In this document: piece by piece, positions 30,275-40,646 of the stretch
Layout of the letters: every line of letters starts with the position of its first letter
How positions within the stretch are numbered: the first letter of the stretch is position 1
Assembly (NCBI GenBank): GCA_963716725.1
Contig: CAVQUB010000011.1
Span: forward strand, 128,001 to 192,000
Length of the DNA: 64,000 bases
Direction: 5' to 3'
Origin: an uncultured delta proteobacterium
Lineage (GTDB): Bacteria; Myxococcota_A; Polyangia; Polyangiales; Polyangiaceae
The notes under the pieces: generated by a model
Told to the model about the DNA's origin: nothing
What the model saw: only the letters and a program-made list of their open reading frames with translations
Databases searched by the model: none
Translations under genes and position numbers: made by a program

Positions 30275-31183
30275 CTAGATGCGCTCGGCTATGCGCGTCT
30301 CGGTCAGGTGAAACCCGACGATGGACACGAGGAACAACAAGACCGACGCCCCGCTCGAGATCAGGAAGGGAGCCAGCTCGGTCACGGTGCCGGTGAAGAG
30401 CAGCTCTCTCGGGGCCGCGACCAGGTAATACAGCGGGTTATACTCCGTGATCGAGTCGAGCAGCCGGGCCATGTCGGCGGCGCCGGGCTCGAGCCGCGGG
30501 CGCTCATAGAGCACCGGCGTCAGGAGCATCAGGAAGGTGAGCACCATGCCGAGCATGGTGCCGACGTCTCGGACCACGCCGTTGATGAGCGCCAGGTAAA
30601 AGCTCAGACCCATGGTGATGAACACCATGGGCAAGAGCGCGAGCGGCACCAGCAGCAGCGTCGGCGCCAGCGGCAGCGCGTAGCCCTGCGTCGCGTAGTA
30701 GCCGAGCAGCAACGCAAAGAGGATCACCACCACGACGAAGGAGACAACGGATCGCCCCATGGACGCGATGATCAGCGACTTCTTCGAGAAGTTGATGCGC
30801 GTGATCATCTCGCCGCCCGCCACCAGGGAGTTGGCGCCGGAGATCAGGCCTTGGGAGAAGAGTTGCCAGATGCCGATGCCGACCGCCGCGTAGACCGGAT
30901 AGGGCGCGTCGACGGTGCCCACGGCCACCACCCCCGATCCCTTCAGCACGATGAAGGTGCCCACGGTGACCAGCGGCACGAAGACCACCCAGAACGCACC
31001 GAGCAGCGACTGCTTGTAGAACGCGAACAGATCGCGGCGGAACAGCTGGTAGGTCAGCCAGCGCGTCGAATTGAGCTCGCGGACGATGTCGCCGAGCAGC
31101 GACCAGTACCCGTTCCGGAGCGAGTTGTCCGGCAGGTACGTGGTCACCTTGCGGGACTCGCGTTCGCGCTCCAGTGTGGGCAC
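30275..31183 (-). CDS. wzm: Polysaccharide ABC exporter permease (ABC-2)
   Basis: RD...YKQSLLG..W....PL, RDV, TPVLY, YNPL; ~6 TMs; start 31183 or 31147. Confidence 0.9.
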   Translation of the reverse strand: MPTLERERESRKVTTYLPDNSLRNGYWSLLGDIVRELNSTRWLTYQLFRRDLFAFYKQSLLGAFWVVFVPLVTVGTFIVLKGSGVVAVGTVDAPYPVYAAVGIGIWQLFSQGLISGANSLVAGGEMITRINFSKKSLIIASMGRSVVSFVVVVILFALLLGYYATQGYALPLAPTLLLVPLALLPMVFITMGLSFYLALINGVVRDVGTMLGMVLTFLMLLTPVLYERPRLEPGAADMARLLDSITEYNPLYYLVAAPRELLFTGTVTELAPFLISSGASVLLFLVSIVGFHLTETRIAERI

Positions 31184-31194
31184 GCCCGCCAATT

Positions 31195-31211
31195 AGCACA
31201 ACTCGTGCCGA
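31195..31211 (-). promoter_or_regulatory. Putative sigma54 promoter of wzm-wzt-GT2
   Basis: Minus strand TCGGCACGAGTTGTGCT: GG-N10-GC with GGCACG core. Confidence 0.65.
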
Positions 31212-31370
31212 AACCGGCAGCGCTCGCCGAGCCGTCTCGCTCCGGTCCGGATTTCTGCAGCGGTGCAGCCGCGACTCGCTGGGCGGCGGGCCCCGGATGT
31301 GTAGCTCGTAGCGCACGCTCGGGGTGAGCCTGGCGCCAGGGGTCGCGTAGCAGCTCCGCGGAGCGGGCGA

Positions 31371-32579
31371 CTAGCCCGCCGCCACCACCCTCGCCAGGCG
31401 CATGAAGCGCTCGGTGACGACGGGCCAGGAATACTGCGCGCGCACGTAAGCCACGCCGGCGTCGACCGACCGCGCGCGCGCCTCGGGGTCGGCGAGCAAC
31501 GCTTCGAGCGCATCTGAGAAGCTCAGCTCGGGCCCGAAGAGGAGCCCTGCGCCCGAGCGCTGGGTGTGCCCGCGCTTCACCGGGCAGTCGGCCGAGGACA
31601 CCGTCGGCACACCGAGGGCCCACGCCTCGAGCAGCGAGAGCGAGAGGCTGTCGAGCTTGCCTGGGATCACCACGGCCTCGCAACCGGCGAGCAGCGCGGC
31701 TCGCCGCTGGTCGGATACGAAGCCGGGCCAGTGAATGGCCGGATCGCCATTGGGCTGCAGATCGCCGATGCGACCGGCGAGTACGAGCTCCACCTCCTTG
31801 CCTTGGCGCCGGCCCATGGACGTCTCGAACCACCGATCGGCGTGTTGGCGACGGAACGCGCGAAAGCCTGCGAGCAGCTCGGGCACGCCTTTGGCGGACT
31901 CGACCCGTCCCAGATAGAGCAAGTACGGACGCTTGCGCCGCTCGGGGGACACCGTCGGCGGATCGAGCTCGACGCCGCAGCCCACAATCTCGGATCGCAC
32001 GCGGTCGAGATCGATCCGTGACGCCACCAGCTCGCGCTCCTCTTGGGTGTTGAAGGCGATGGCGCGCGTGCGACGGAAGGCCCGGAGCGCGAGTTCGAGG
32101 CGGAGGGCAGGCTCATCGTGGGCCGTCGGCACGAACAACGATCGCTCGGCCACGATTGGCAGGCCGAAGACCGTCGGGAAGTAGAGGTAGGTGAAGAAGA
32201 CGAAGACGTCGAAGTCACGGCGTTGCTGGCGCAGGCCGGCGAGAAGCCCAGGCGCCAGGGGTCCCTGCGCCAGGAACCACGGGGGCTCGAAGGCACGACG
32301 CAACGGCCCGTGACGGGTCAAGGGTCCGAAGAGGCTCTGCAGCACCGGGCGCCGCTCGGTCAACACGCGGAAGCGCTCGACCTCGATGCCCTCGAGCGTG
32401 CTCGTGCCCGGCGCGTAGTGATTGGCCCAGGTCGAGTGATCGCGGGCGCAGGTCGTGAGCACCTTCACCTGCTGCACGTCGGCGCGGGCAGCGACGCGCT
32501 CGGCGAGCTGCCGGCAGTGGAGCTCCGCGCCGCCGTTCACCTCGACGCCGTAACGTTGAACGACAAACGCGATGCGCAT
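31371..32579 (-). CDS. GT4 glycosyltransferase
   Basis: MRIAFVVQRYG....GGAE, VPTAHDEP, YLGRVESAKG, SLSLLEAWALGVP. Confidence 0.9.
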   Translation of the reverse strand: MRIAFVVQRYGVEVNGGAELHCRQLAERVAARADVQQVKVLTTCARDHSTWANHYAPGTSTLEGIEVERFRVLTERRPVLQSLFGPLTRHGPLRRAFEPPWFLAQGPLAPGLLAGLRQQRRDFDVFVFFTYLYFPTVFGLPIVAERSLFVPTAHDEPALRLELALRAFRRTRAIAFNTQEERELVASRIDLDRVRSEIVGCGVELDPPTVSPERRKRPYLLYLGRVESAKGVPELLAGFRAFRRQHADRWFETSMGRRQGKEVELVLAGRIGDLQPNGDPAIHWPGFVSDQRRAALLAGCEAVVIPGKLDSLSLSLLEAWALGVPTVSSADCPVKRGHTQRSGAGLLFGPELSFSDALEALLADPEARARSVDAGVAYVRAQYSWPVVTERFMRLARVVAAG

Positions 32580-32614
32580 CGCGGCGGAGTCTAGCGCGTC
32601 GCCACCCGCCGACT

Positions 32615-34864
32615 TCACTTCACTCTCCGAATGCTCGACCATGGCCAACAGCGCCGCGCGTAACCGGTCATGAAGCTCGAGAGCAGCGCCGCTTCGGGCA
32701 TCAAGGTCGGCGTCACGCCGCGGGCACTTTCGACGTCGAACACCGGCTTCGCGGGCTCGTCGGGATCGACCATCGCGCCGGCCTCGGTGATCCGGAACAG
32801 TCGCGACGCCGCGTCAACGCCGATCACAACCGTGTCGGGCGCGGACGCCACTCGAAAGTGGGGGCTGAGGGTCTGACCGCCGAGCGTGTGCCAACGTTCG
32901 GTCTCGGGCAGAGTCGAGAGGGCCGCGCCGCGGGCGAGCAACGCGAGGATCAGCCGCGGCACGTCGTTCTGGGAGGTGGGCCGATCACCGAGCAGGGTAT
33001 TCAGATCGGAGATCAGGGAGTGGACCCGGGCCGGGTTGGCGCACGACTTCACCAGCGCCTCGGGAAACACGACCAAGAACGGGATGTGCGACAGCGCGTG
33101 CTGGCGCTCGGCTCCGCTGAGCGTGGCGCCGCCTCGCCACAGGAAGTAGTCGGCGGTGGCGTGATCGCCGCCGATCACCAGCAGCGAGTCCGCGGCCGCC
33201 GCCGACGCTTCGAGCTTGGCAATCATCTCGCCGAGCGCGAAGTCGGAGTACGAGAGCGTGTCGAGTCGCTTCAGGTGATCCGCGCCGACGCTCTGCCCCG
33301 AGGCGGCCGCTATCTTGCGCACCCGCTCCCCGACCTCGGCCGGAAGGTCCTCGGGGCGATCGAAGGGGTGGTGATGCGAGAGCGTCATCAGCAGGTTGTA
33401 TTGGGACTCGCCCTGGGGTCGCGCGTCGCTCGCGGCCAGGGCCTGCGAGAGCACGATGCGATCAGGCACCGCCCAGCCACGGTGAGGTGTGTCTTCGACG
33501 TAGTCGCGCTCGGTCATCAGGTGATCGAAGCCGTGGTAGTGCAGAAAGCTCTGCATGTTGTCGAAGGCAGGGTTCGACCCGTAGTAGAAGTGGAGCGAGA
33601 AGCCGGCGTCCTTGAGCACGTCGGGCAAGCACCTGAGCGGCGGCAGCCCGAGGTCACGCGCGGATGACAGGCCCCAGGGCATGGTGCCAGTGCCGCAGAC
33701 CAATGCAGCCAGACCTTGGGACGTGCGAACGCCGGCCTGATGCATGCGCCGCGCGGCGATCACCCGGGGCTCCGGCATCGCCGCTGCGGTGTGCAGCCCG
33801 TCGAGAGTGGGGGTCAGACCGGCAGGCACCTTGGGATTGAGCGCGGCAATGTCGTCGGCGCGCATGCTCTCGAGCCCGACGTGCCAGACGCGCACTCGCT
33901 TCCTGTCGGCGAAGAGCTCCCGTGAGAGTTCGTCCACGACCGAGCCCACGCGGGAGGCAAACTCGTGATTGCTGCCCGCCCCCGCGTCGCGGGTCGGAAC
34001 GGAGAAGGGCTCGGCCAGGGGGTGAGGGCTGCAATCGGCGACGTCCGCGACGCGTCGACCCGCGTCGGGCGGCAGGCCGAGCATTGCGGCGCCCGGGGCG
34101 CGATCGGCCTCGGGCGAGCCGATGTGTTCGACCAGGGCGATGTAGCCGAAACGAATGTTCTCGTGACTGGTGCCGAGGCTGCGGAAGAAGACCGGGAAGG
34201 GCGACTCCACCACGCGCCAGTTGGCGAAGTTGCTCGAGAGGTGCGGGCTCGCTCGGTGCAGCCCGAAACCCAAGAGCGCCACGGCACCGAGCACGAAAGC
34301 GGTGAGCACGGCCTCAGGCACGGGCCGCCGCGGTGCAGGCTGGTCCGCGGCCCGGAGAAAGCCCCACGACAGCAGGACGAAACCCGCCAGCGCCAGCACC
34401 CAGCCCCACAGGAAGCGAGAGAGGAAAAACGTGCCGAGGGCCGAGCGCACATAGGCGCGATCCGCCAGGCCCATGCTGAGATCGAAGGAGGTCGGGTAGA
34501 GCCCGCGCTCGACCTTGAACTCGCTGGCGCTGATGGTGCCCCACAGCACGAACAGAAATCCCGCTGCCGTTGCCACTACAGCGGCGATGCGCAGAGCACG
34601 CGGACTCGGAAGCCGGCGCGCGATGCCCCAGGCGATCGCCGCACCGACCACGTTCACCAGGGCGTAGGTCGCGACGACGAAGGGACTGTCGGCCGCCATT
34701 CCGACGACGACGAGTTCCCAGGCGCGACCCGCAAACTGCGCCTGGTGTGACGCGAGGGCGATGCGCGCAGGCAGGAGCGCGAACACGAGGGCGACCACGA
34801 GATATCCCGCCCAGGCCAGCCCAAGACCGACGGCTCGCGGCAGCGCGTCACGCGACTCGCTCAC
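32615..34864 (-). CDS. LTA-synthase/sulfatase-family membrane phosphotransferase (LtaS/OpgB-like)
   Basis: ~5 N-terminal TMs; GLESMR, GVRTSQG (candidate catalytic Thr), GFD, GW.VPD, TLSHHHPF, YSD.ALG, GGDH, IPF. Confidence 0.8.
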   Translation of the reverse strand: MSESRDALPRAVGLGLAWAGYLVVALVFALLPARIALASHQAQFAGRAWELVVVGMAADSPFVVATYALVNVVGAAIAWGIARRLPSPRALRIAAVVATAAGFLFVLWGTISASEFKVERGLYPTSFDLSMGLADRAYVRSALGTFFLSRFLWGWVLALAGFVLLSWGFLRAADQPAPRRPVPEAVLTAFVLGAVALLGFGLHRASPHLSSNFANWRVVESPFPVFFRSLGTSHENIRFGYIALVEHIGSPEADRAPGAAMLGLPPDAGRRVADVADCSPHPLAEPFSVPTRDAGAGSNHEFASRVGSVVDELSRELFADRKRVRVWHVGLESMRADDIAALNPKVPAGLTPTLDGLHTAAAMPEPRVIAARRMHQAGVRTSQGLAALVCGTGTMPWGLSSARDLGLPPLRCLPDVLKDAGFSLHFYYGSNPAFDNMQSFLHYHGFDHLMTERDYVEDTPHRGWAVPDRIVLSQALAASDARPQGESQYNLLMTLSHHHPFDRPEDLPAEVGERVRKIAAASGQSVGADHLKRLDTLSYSDFALGEMIAKLEASAAAADSLLVIGGDHATADYFLWRGGATLSGAERQHALSHIPFLVVFPEALVKSCANPARVHSLISDLNTLLGDRPTSQNDVPRLILALLARGAALSTLPETERWHTLGGQTLSPHFRVASAPDTVVIGVDAASRLFRITEAGAMVDPDEPAKPVFDVESARGVTPTLMPEAALLSSFMTGYARRCWPWSSIRRVK

Positions 34865-34973
34865 GCCGGCCACCTGGCATGAGGGGTCGAGCGGTGTCAA
34901 GGGCGCCGTCCGCGTCTTTCGGCGGCAGAAGCACTGTTCAGGCCGCCGGAGCGAGCGCAAGATACCGCGAGTC

Positions 34974-35906
34974 GTGTCGGCCCTCGAGCTCAGCGTCGTG
35001 ATCTGCACCTACAACCGGCGGGCGCTCGTCGAGCGCGCGGTGCGCTCACTCATGACCCAGACCCGATCGCCAGCGTCGTTCGAGGTGATCCTCGTCGACA
35101 ACAACTCGTCGGACGACACATTGGCCTGGGCCGAGGCCTTCAGCCGCGAGTTCTCGCAGCTCCGGCCAGTCCACGAGCGGCGCCAGGGGCTCTCCTTCGC
35201 GCGCAACCGCGGCGCGCTGGAGGCGAGCGCGCCCATCCTCGCGTTCCTCGACGACGACGCCGTCGCGGTTCCGGGCTGGGTCGACGCAATGCTGAAGGCG
35301 TTCTCGTCGGGACGCCCGCGCACGGTGGCCGTGGGCGGCCGCATCGAACTCGAGTGGGCGAAGCCGCGCCCCACGTGGCTGCCCGACTCGGCTCGGGGGT
35401 GGCTCGGGTACTTCACCCTGCCGGAGGACTGCCGCGATCTGCGGCCCGGCAAGGACAACCTTCGCGGCGGCAACATGGCCGTCGAGCGGGCGGCGTTGCT
35501 CGACGTCGGCTCATTCGATACTCGCCTCGGCCGTTCCAAGTCGGGGCTCATGGGAAACGAGGAGGTCGAGTTCCAGCGGCGACTCGAGCAACTCGGCAGG
35601 CCCATGGCCTACTCGCACGACGCGCTCATCTATCACTTGGTGCACCCCGAGCGACTGACTGCGCGCTGGATGTTCCGGCGCGCGTACGATCAGGGCCGCT
35701 CGGACGTGCACCTCGCAGAAGCGATGGCGCTGTCCCAGAGTTCGGCCGGCTTCGTCCGCCCAGCATCGAACGCCCTGTACAACGGCACCCGGGCGCTGCT
35801 GGCTCCTCGCACGTCGCGACGGATCCACTTCGCCCTGCGCGCTACCAGCGCCGTCGGCGCGGTCGTCGAAGGTGCCCGCCGCCGCGGCGCAGCTCCGGAG
35901 GGCTGA
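34974..35906 (+). CDS. GT2 glycosyltransferase
   Basis: LSVVICTYNR, VDNNSSD, GLSFARN.G, FLDDDA, GGNMA, GNEEVEF. Confidence 0.93.
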   Translation: MSALELSVVICTYNRRALVERAVRSLMTQTRSPASFEVILVDNNSSDDTLAWAEAFSREFSQLRPVHERRQGLSFARNRGALEASAPILAFLDDDAVAVPGWVDAMLKAFSSGRPRTVAVGGRIELEWAKPRPTWLPDSARGWLGYFTLPEDCRDLRPGKDNLRGGNMAVERAALLDVGSFDTRLGRSKSGLMGNEEVEFQRRLEQLGRPMAYSHDALIYHLVHPERLTARWMFRRAYDQGRSDVHLAEAMALSQSSAGFVRPASNALYNGTRALLAPRTSRRIHFALRATSAVGAVVEGARRRGAAPEG

Positions 35907-38900
35907 GTGGGTGACTCGCAGCTTCCCCCGCGACGCAGACGCCGACTGATCGTGCGGTTGGCGCGCGGCGCGGGGCTGGCGCTGGCCGGGCTCCTGCTGC
36001 TCGTCGTGGCGGTGGTCGGCGCCCTGCACAGCGCGAGCGGGCAGGAGTTTATTCGCAAACGCTTCGAAGCGCGCCTGAGCGAGCGCATGCAGGGCAGCGC
36101 CAAGATCGGTCGGCTCGGGCTGAAGCTCTTCGGATCCATCGAGCTGGGCGGGGTCGTGCTGTCGGACGCGGGCGGCAAGCCGGTGGTCGAACTCGACTCG
36201 CTGCGCGTAGTGCCTGCGTGGCGCCAGCTGTCGGGCGGACACATCGTCATCGACCGGGTCGCGGTATCGGGCGTCCGCGTATCGATGCAGCAGGACGCTG
36301 ACGGCGGCTCCAACTTGAAGCGATTGTTCAAGCCAAGTCCTCCGACTCCGCCCGACCCGAACCCGAAGCGCCGACGGATTGAGGTGAGGGAGCTGGCGCT
36401 GTCGCAGATTGGGTTCTCGCTCGAAAAACCCGACGGCAGCAAGCTCGCGGTCGACGACCTCGAGCTCGACGCGCGCATCGACGCGACCCCCGTCGACAAG
36501 ACCGTCGAGCTGCGAGTCACCCGCCTCGCGCTCGGGCTCGAGCGACAGGGCGAGAAGGGCGCGAAGCTCGCGCTGAGAGAGCTCTCCACCCGGCTCGACG
36601 TCGCCCTGATCCAGGGCAAGGGCAAGATCGCGCTCGGGCCCCTGTCGGCAAAGCTCGATCTGACGCGTCCCGGAGTCGCGCCCTTCGCCACGCCCATCGC
36701 GCTCGGCGCCGTCGAGGTCGCCGTCGGTCCCGACGCGCTCGGTGCGACGCTGAAGAAGCTCGAGGCCGGGCTCGCGCTGCTCGAGAGCCTGGAGCTCTCC
36801 GGCAAGAAGGGCGACGCGGGGCTCGAAGGGCCGCAGAAGGCGGTGATTGTCGGCCTCAGGCTCGACGCCAAGCGACTGAACGAACTCTTGGGCAAGGACC
36901 TGCTCGCGAACAACGTGGATCTGAACGCAGCGATCGCCGGCGAGCCCGACGCGCTCGGCACCGACCTCGCGATCGACTCTGGCGGTGGCAAGCTCAGCGT
37001 CAGCGGCAAGCTCGACGTGTCGAAGCTCGACCGTCCCGGCTACGATCTGACGCTGCTGATCTCCAACCTCGCGACGAAGAAGTTGCTCGCGAGCCCCACC
37101 GCGCCGGACATCGAGGCCGAGAAGATCACGCTGGCCATCAAGGGCAGCGGCGCCAAGAAGGAGCTGATCGAGGCCGAGGTGCGACTGGACTCGGGCCCGG
37201 TGCGGATCGGCAAGATCCAGGTGGACGACATCACGCTGCGCGGGAAACTCTCGCGCGGTGTGGTGACGGTGAACGAGCTCAGGCTCCACGCCCTCGCCCA
37301 GACCCTGAACGCTCACGGCACCTTCACGCTCGCGGACAAGTCCCTCGATCTGAAGGTCGAGCTCGCGGGCGACATCGGTCGGGCCCTCGCCGCGGCAAAA
37401 CGCGCGGGGGTGGCGCTGAAGTCGACTATCCCGCCCGGCGCCATCGCGATTCAGAAGGGCGAGTTCCAGCTCGAAGTGAAGGGCAAACTCGACGAAGGGC
37501 TGACGGTCAGCTTGGCGCGGGCAACGCTGAGAGTGGCGGGGGGCAGCGTCGCGCTCGATGGCAACGTGACGCTGATCCGGGGTGAGCCCGATCCGGAGGG
37601 CAAGCGCGCCCTCGGGCTCGACCTGCTGAACACGGACATCGAGCTGCGCAACGTGCGGCTGTCTCGTCTGGCGGCCCTGCGGGGCAAGAAGCTACCGGGC
37701 ATCGACGGATCGTTGAACGGTTCGATCTCGCTGCGCGGCACCAAGCGGTCACCCAAAGCCGACGTGGACCTCACTATCCGCGCCCGGCGCAGCGACGACG
37801 CCAGCGCACCGAACCTCGTGGTCGACCTGAAAGCGCAGGGCGATGCGCGCAATCTCGACGCGAGCGTGAGCATCGACCGGGTCGGCAAGGACGGTTCGCG
37901 GAACCTGGCCAAGCTCGACGCCCGCCTGCCCATCACGCTCTCGGGACGGCGCGGACTCGCCGCGGGTCGGCGCATGGCGGTGAAGCTCGACCTGCACCGC
38001 ATCGCGCTCAGGGATCTGCTCCCGCTGTTGCCGCCGGAAATCGCAGCCAAGCTGCAAGCACCGCGGGAGACCGAGCTCGAGGCCCACGTGGAGCTCGGGG
38101 GTACGACCAGCGCGCCTCAGGGGGAAGTGAAGCTCGACGCGACCACCAAGCTCCCGCTGGTGGACGTTCGGCCTCGCTTGAACCTCGACCTTTCGATCGC
38201 GCCAGAGGGCCGGGGCAGTCGCGTCATCGCCAAGGCCCGGGCCTTCTTGGATCGTCGCGGGCCGGCAACGCTCACCCTCGACGCCGACGCGCGCCTCGGC
38301 GGTTCGCCGCTGCTGCCGCGCGGCGCCGAGCAGGTGGACTGGAAGCTCGCCGGGCGCCTTTCACCCCCGCCCCTCGACCGGCTTCCATTGGGACGCGACC
38401 TCTCGGGCAACACGGCCCTCGCCTTCGATTTGCACGGCACTCGCCACGACGCCGGGGGCCAGCTGGAGCTCACGCTCGCGGGCGTGAGGAAGGGCGAGAC
38501 CGGGCCCATCGACGGCAAGCTCACGGTGGATCTCGAGGCCGAACGCACTCGGCTCGCGCTGGACCTGAAGGTCGCGGGGCTCGAAGCGCTGCGCGCGCGG
38601 GGCAAGATCGGACTCGCGGGGCGCGGGCTGATCGCGACGTTGCGCGACAAGAAGGCCGGCGACGCGGATCTGGACGTGTTGGTCGAACTGCCCAAGCACC
38701 GCCTCGCCGAGTGGGCCGTTGTACGCCCCAAGTTGGAGAAGTATCTCGGAAGCTTCGGCGGTGCGCTTCACCTGGCTGGCAAGCTGAACGCACCGACCGC
38801 CAAGGGCGAGATCGCGCTCGACGACTTCACCACCGCGTCCGGTGAGGCGGGCCGCGCGGCGCTGCTGCTCGATGCGGGCGCCGAGCAGATCGATGTCGAC

Positions 38901-40526
38901 CTGCGTCTCGGACCCGTCAGCGATCAGGATCCGGTGGCGATCCGCGTGCACACGGCGCGCGCCGCCCTGATCGATCTGCTGCGAAAGAAGGAAGGCGACG
39001 CCAGCGCGGCGGTGAAGATCGAGGCCCGCGCCCACCGGAAACCCGTCGCTTCGGTGGTGCCGAAGCTCACCCGCGATTTCCCCGACACGGGCGCCCAAGG
39101 CACCTTCGACTGGGACATGCAGGGGGAGCTCGTGCTGGCCTCGACCGACGGCGTGCGGCGCCTGGCAGACGCGACGCTGCTCGGCGACTTGTCGATCACG
39201 AAAGGCAGCGTCCCGATCCCCGAAAGCAAGCGACGCTTCCACGGCGTCGAACTCGCGATCCGAGCGACACGGGACGCGCTACGCATCGACAAACTCGAGG
39301 TCCACGAGTCCGATCGCGAGAAGAAGGACCGGCGCGTTTTCGTCACCGGACAGCTGCCGTGGAGCCGCTTGCGCCCCGAACGCGTCGAGCTGGCGATCGA
39401 CGCCCAGGACTTCTTGCTCTTCGGCACTGATACGCTCGGCATGCCGGACGCGCCCCGCGGCGCCCTCAGCGCGAAGCTGGAGGTGAGCGGCGACCTCTCT
39501 CGGCCCCGCCGCCGCATCGACGCCACCGTGCATGCGCTGAATCTCTCGATGCCCGATCGCCTCGACAAGGCGCACTGGCCCGAGAAATCGAACCTGGGCG
39601 ACGTGCTCTACCTGAGCAAGAAGGGCGTCGCGGTGGGCAAGCTGCCACGGCCCGAAGCAAAGGCGAGCCCACCGCCGGCGCCGTCCGCGCCGTCCGCGCC
39701 GCTGCCAGATGCGCCCGGAGCCGCAGGAACCGACGTCTACCTGCACATCCCAAGGCCCATCAAGGTGCAGAAGATGCCCTTCGAGCTGGTTGCCAAGGGA
39801 GAGCTCGAGGTGAGGCTGCGCGCCGGGAAGAAACCGGCCATCACGGGGGAGCTCGTGGTCGTCGACGGCTACATGTCCCTTGGTGGCCGAAACCACGGCA
39901 TGGATCCGCGGCATCGAAGCCGGATCTTCTTCGACGCCGAGCACCCCGGCGGCGAGCTGGATCTCTGGGTGCGTCGTGCGCCCCACCCGGTCGTGCTCGC
40001 GGACGTGTCGCTGGTCTCGAGCGGCGGCGACGACGTGCGGCTCCACCTGACCGGTCCGATCTCGAAGCCCTTTTCGACGGTAAACGGGGTCGGCAACGCC
40101 GACCTCTGGGACATCTTGCCCGTGCACAACGCGGGTCGGGTCAAGTTCATGTCGGAGCCCGACTTGCCCGCGACGGCGGCCGTGCAGCTCCCGCGCGAGT
40201 ACGACGTCGTATTGCTCTCGTACATGGCGGTGAATCTCCCGCACAACCTGTTCCTGAGCCGTCTCAACGCCTGGGCGGATCCCCACGATGACCGCGGCGC
40301 CTACGGCCGCGTCCGCCACCTCGAAGCAGACCGCTACTCGGCGACCGGCAAGACTCGGATCCGCGCCGCGGCTCGTCCGACGACCATGGGTCAGAGCAGC
40401 GCCGAGCTCGAGATCGGTCACCTGTTCGTGAACGAACCCCATACCAAGGTCGGCGCGGCCATCGTCGCGGGCAGCCGGATCGGCGGTGGTCCGGCGCTGT
40501 TCTTCGAGTGGGCGAGCGACGATTGA
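35907..40526 (+). CDS. TamB/AsmA-like large beta-rich envelope protein
   Basis: 1539 aa, single N-terminal TM anchor, long repetitive amphipathic beta strands (L.G.L..P...G), DUF490-like C-terminal region; Omp85 gene in same locus. Confidence 0.7.
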   Translation: MGDSQLPPRRRRRLIVRLARGAGLALAGLLLLVVAVVGALHSASGQEFIRKRFEARLSERMQGSAKIGRLGLKLFGSIELGGVVLSDAGGKPVVELDSLRVVPAWRQLSGGHIVIDRVAVSGVRVSMQQDADGGSNLKRLFKPSPPTPPDPNPKRRRIEVRELALSQIGFSLEKPDGSKLAVDDLELDARIDATPVDKTVELRVTRLALGLERQGEKGAKLALRELSTRLDVALIQGKGKIALGPLSAKLDLTRPGVAPFATPIALGAVEVAVGPDALGATLKKLEAGLALLESLELSGKKGDAGLEGPQKAVIVGLRLDAKRLNELLGKDLLANNVDLNAAIAGEPDALGTDLAIDSGGGKLSVSGKLDVSKLDRPGYDLTLLISNLATKKLLASPTAPDIEAEKITLAIKGSGAKKELIEAEVRLDSGPVRIGKIQVDDITLRGKLSRGVVTVNELRLHALAQTLNAHGTFTLADKSLDLKVELAGDIGRALAAAKRAGVALKSTIPPGAIAIQKGEFQLEVKGKLDEGLTVSLARATLRVAGGSVALDGNVTLIRGEPDPEGKRALGLDLLNTDIELRNVRLSRLAALRGKKLPGIDGSLNGSISLRGTKRSPKADVDLTIRARRSDDASAPNLVVDLKAQGDARNLDASVSIDRVGKDGSRNLAKLDARLPITLSGRRGLAAGRRMAVKLDLHRIALRDLLPLLPPEIAAKLQAPRETELEAHVELGGTTSAPQGEVKLDATTKLPLVDVRPRLNLDLSIAPEGRGSRVIAKARAFLDRRGPATLTLDADARLGGSPLLPRGAEQVDWKLAGRLSPPPLDRLPLGRDLSGNTALAFDLHGTRHDAGGQLELTLAGVRKGETGPIDGKLTVDLEAERTRLALDLKVAGLEALRARGKIGLAGRGLIATLRDKKAGDADLDVLVELPKHRLAEWAVVRPKLEKYLGSFGGALHLAGKLNAPTAKGEIALDDFTTASGEAGRAALLLDAGAEQIDVDLRLGPVSDQDPVAIRVHTARAALIDLLRKKEGDASAAVKIEARAHRKPVASVVPKLTRDFPDTGAQGTFDWDMQGELVLASTDGVRRLADATLLGDLSITKGSVPIPESKRRFHGVELAIRATRDALRIDKLEVHESDREKKDRRVFVTGQLPWSRLRPERVELAIDAQDFLLFGTDTLGMPDAPRGALSAKLEVSGDLSRPRRRIDATVHALNLSMPDRLDKAHWPEKSNLGDVLYLSKKGVAVGKLPRPEAKASPPPAPSAPSAPLPDAPGAAGTDVYLHIPRPIKVQKMPFELVAKGELEVRLRAGKKPAITGELVVVDGYMSLGGRNHGMDPRHRSRIFFDAEHPGGELDLWVRRAPHPVVLADVSLVSSGGDDVRLHLTGPISKPFSTVNGVGNADLWDILPVHNAGRVKFMSEPDLPATAAVQLPREYDVVLLSYMAVNLPHNLFLSRLNAWADPHDDRGAYGRVRHLEADRYSATGKTRIRAAARPTTMGQSSAELEIGHLFVNEPHTKVGAAIVAGSRIGGGPALFFEWASDD

Positions 40527-40646
40527 TCTGCCTGCCGGCTGGTCTCCGGCGGCGTTGCCAGCCCAGGCCGCAGCTCGCTTTTGACCGCGCGGCGCGACGC
40601 GCAGAACCCGGTCGACAATCCCGCACGCCCCTCTACACTCTAGATC

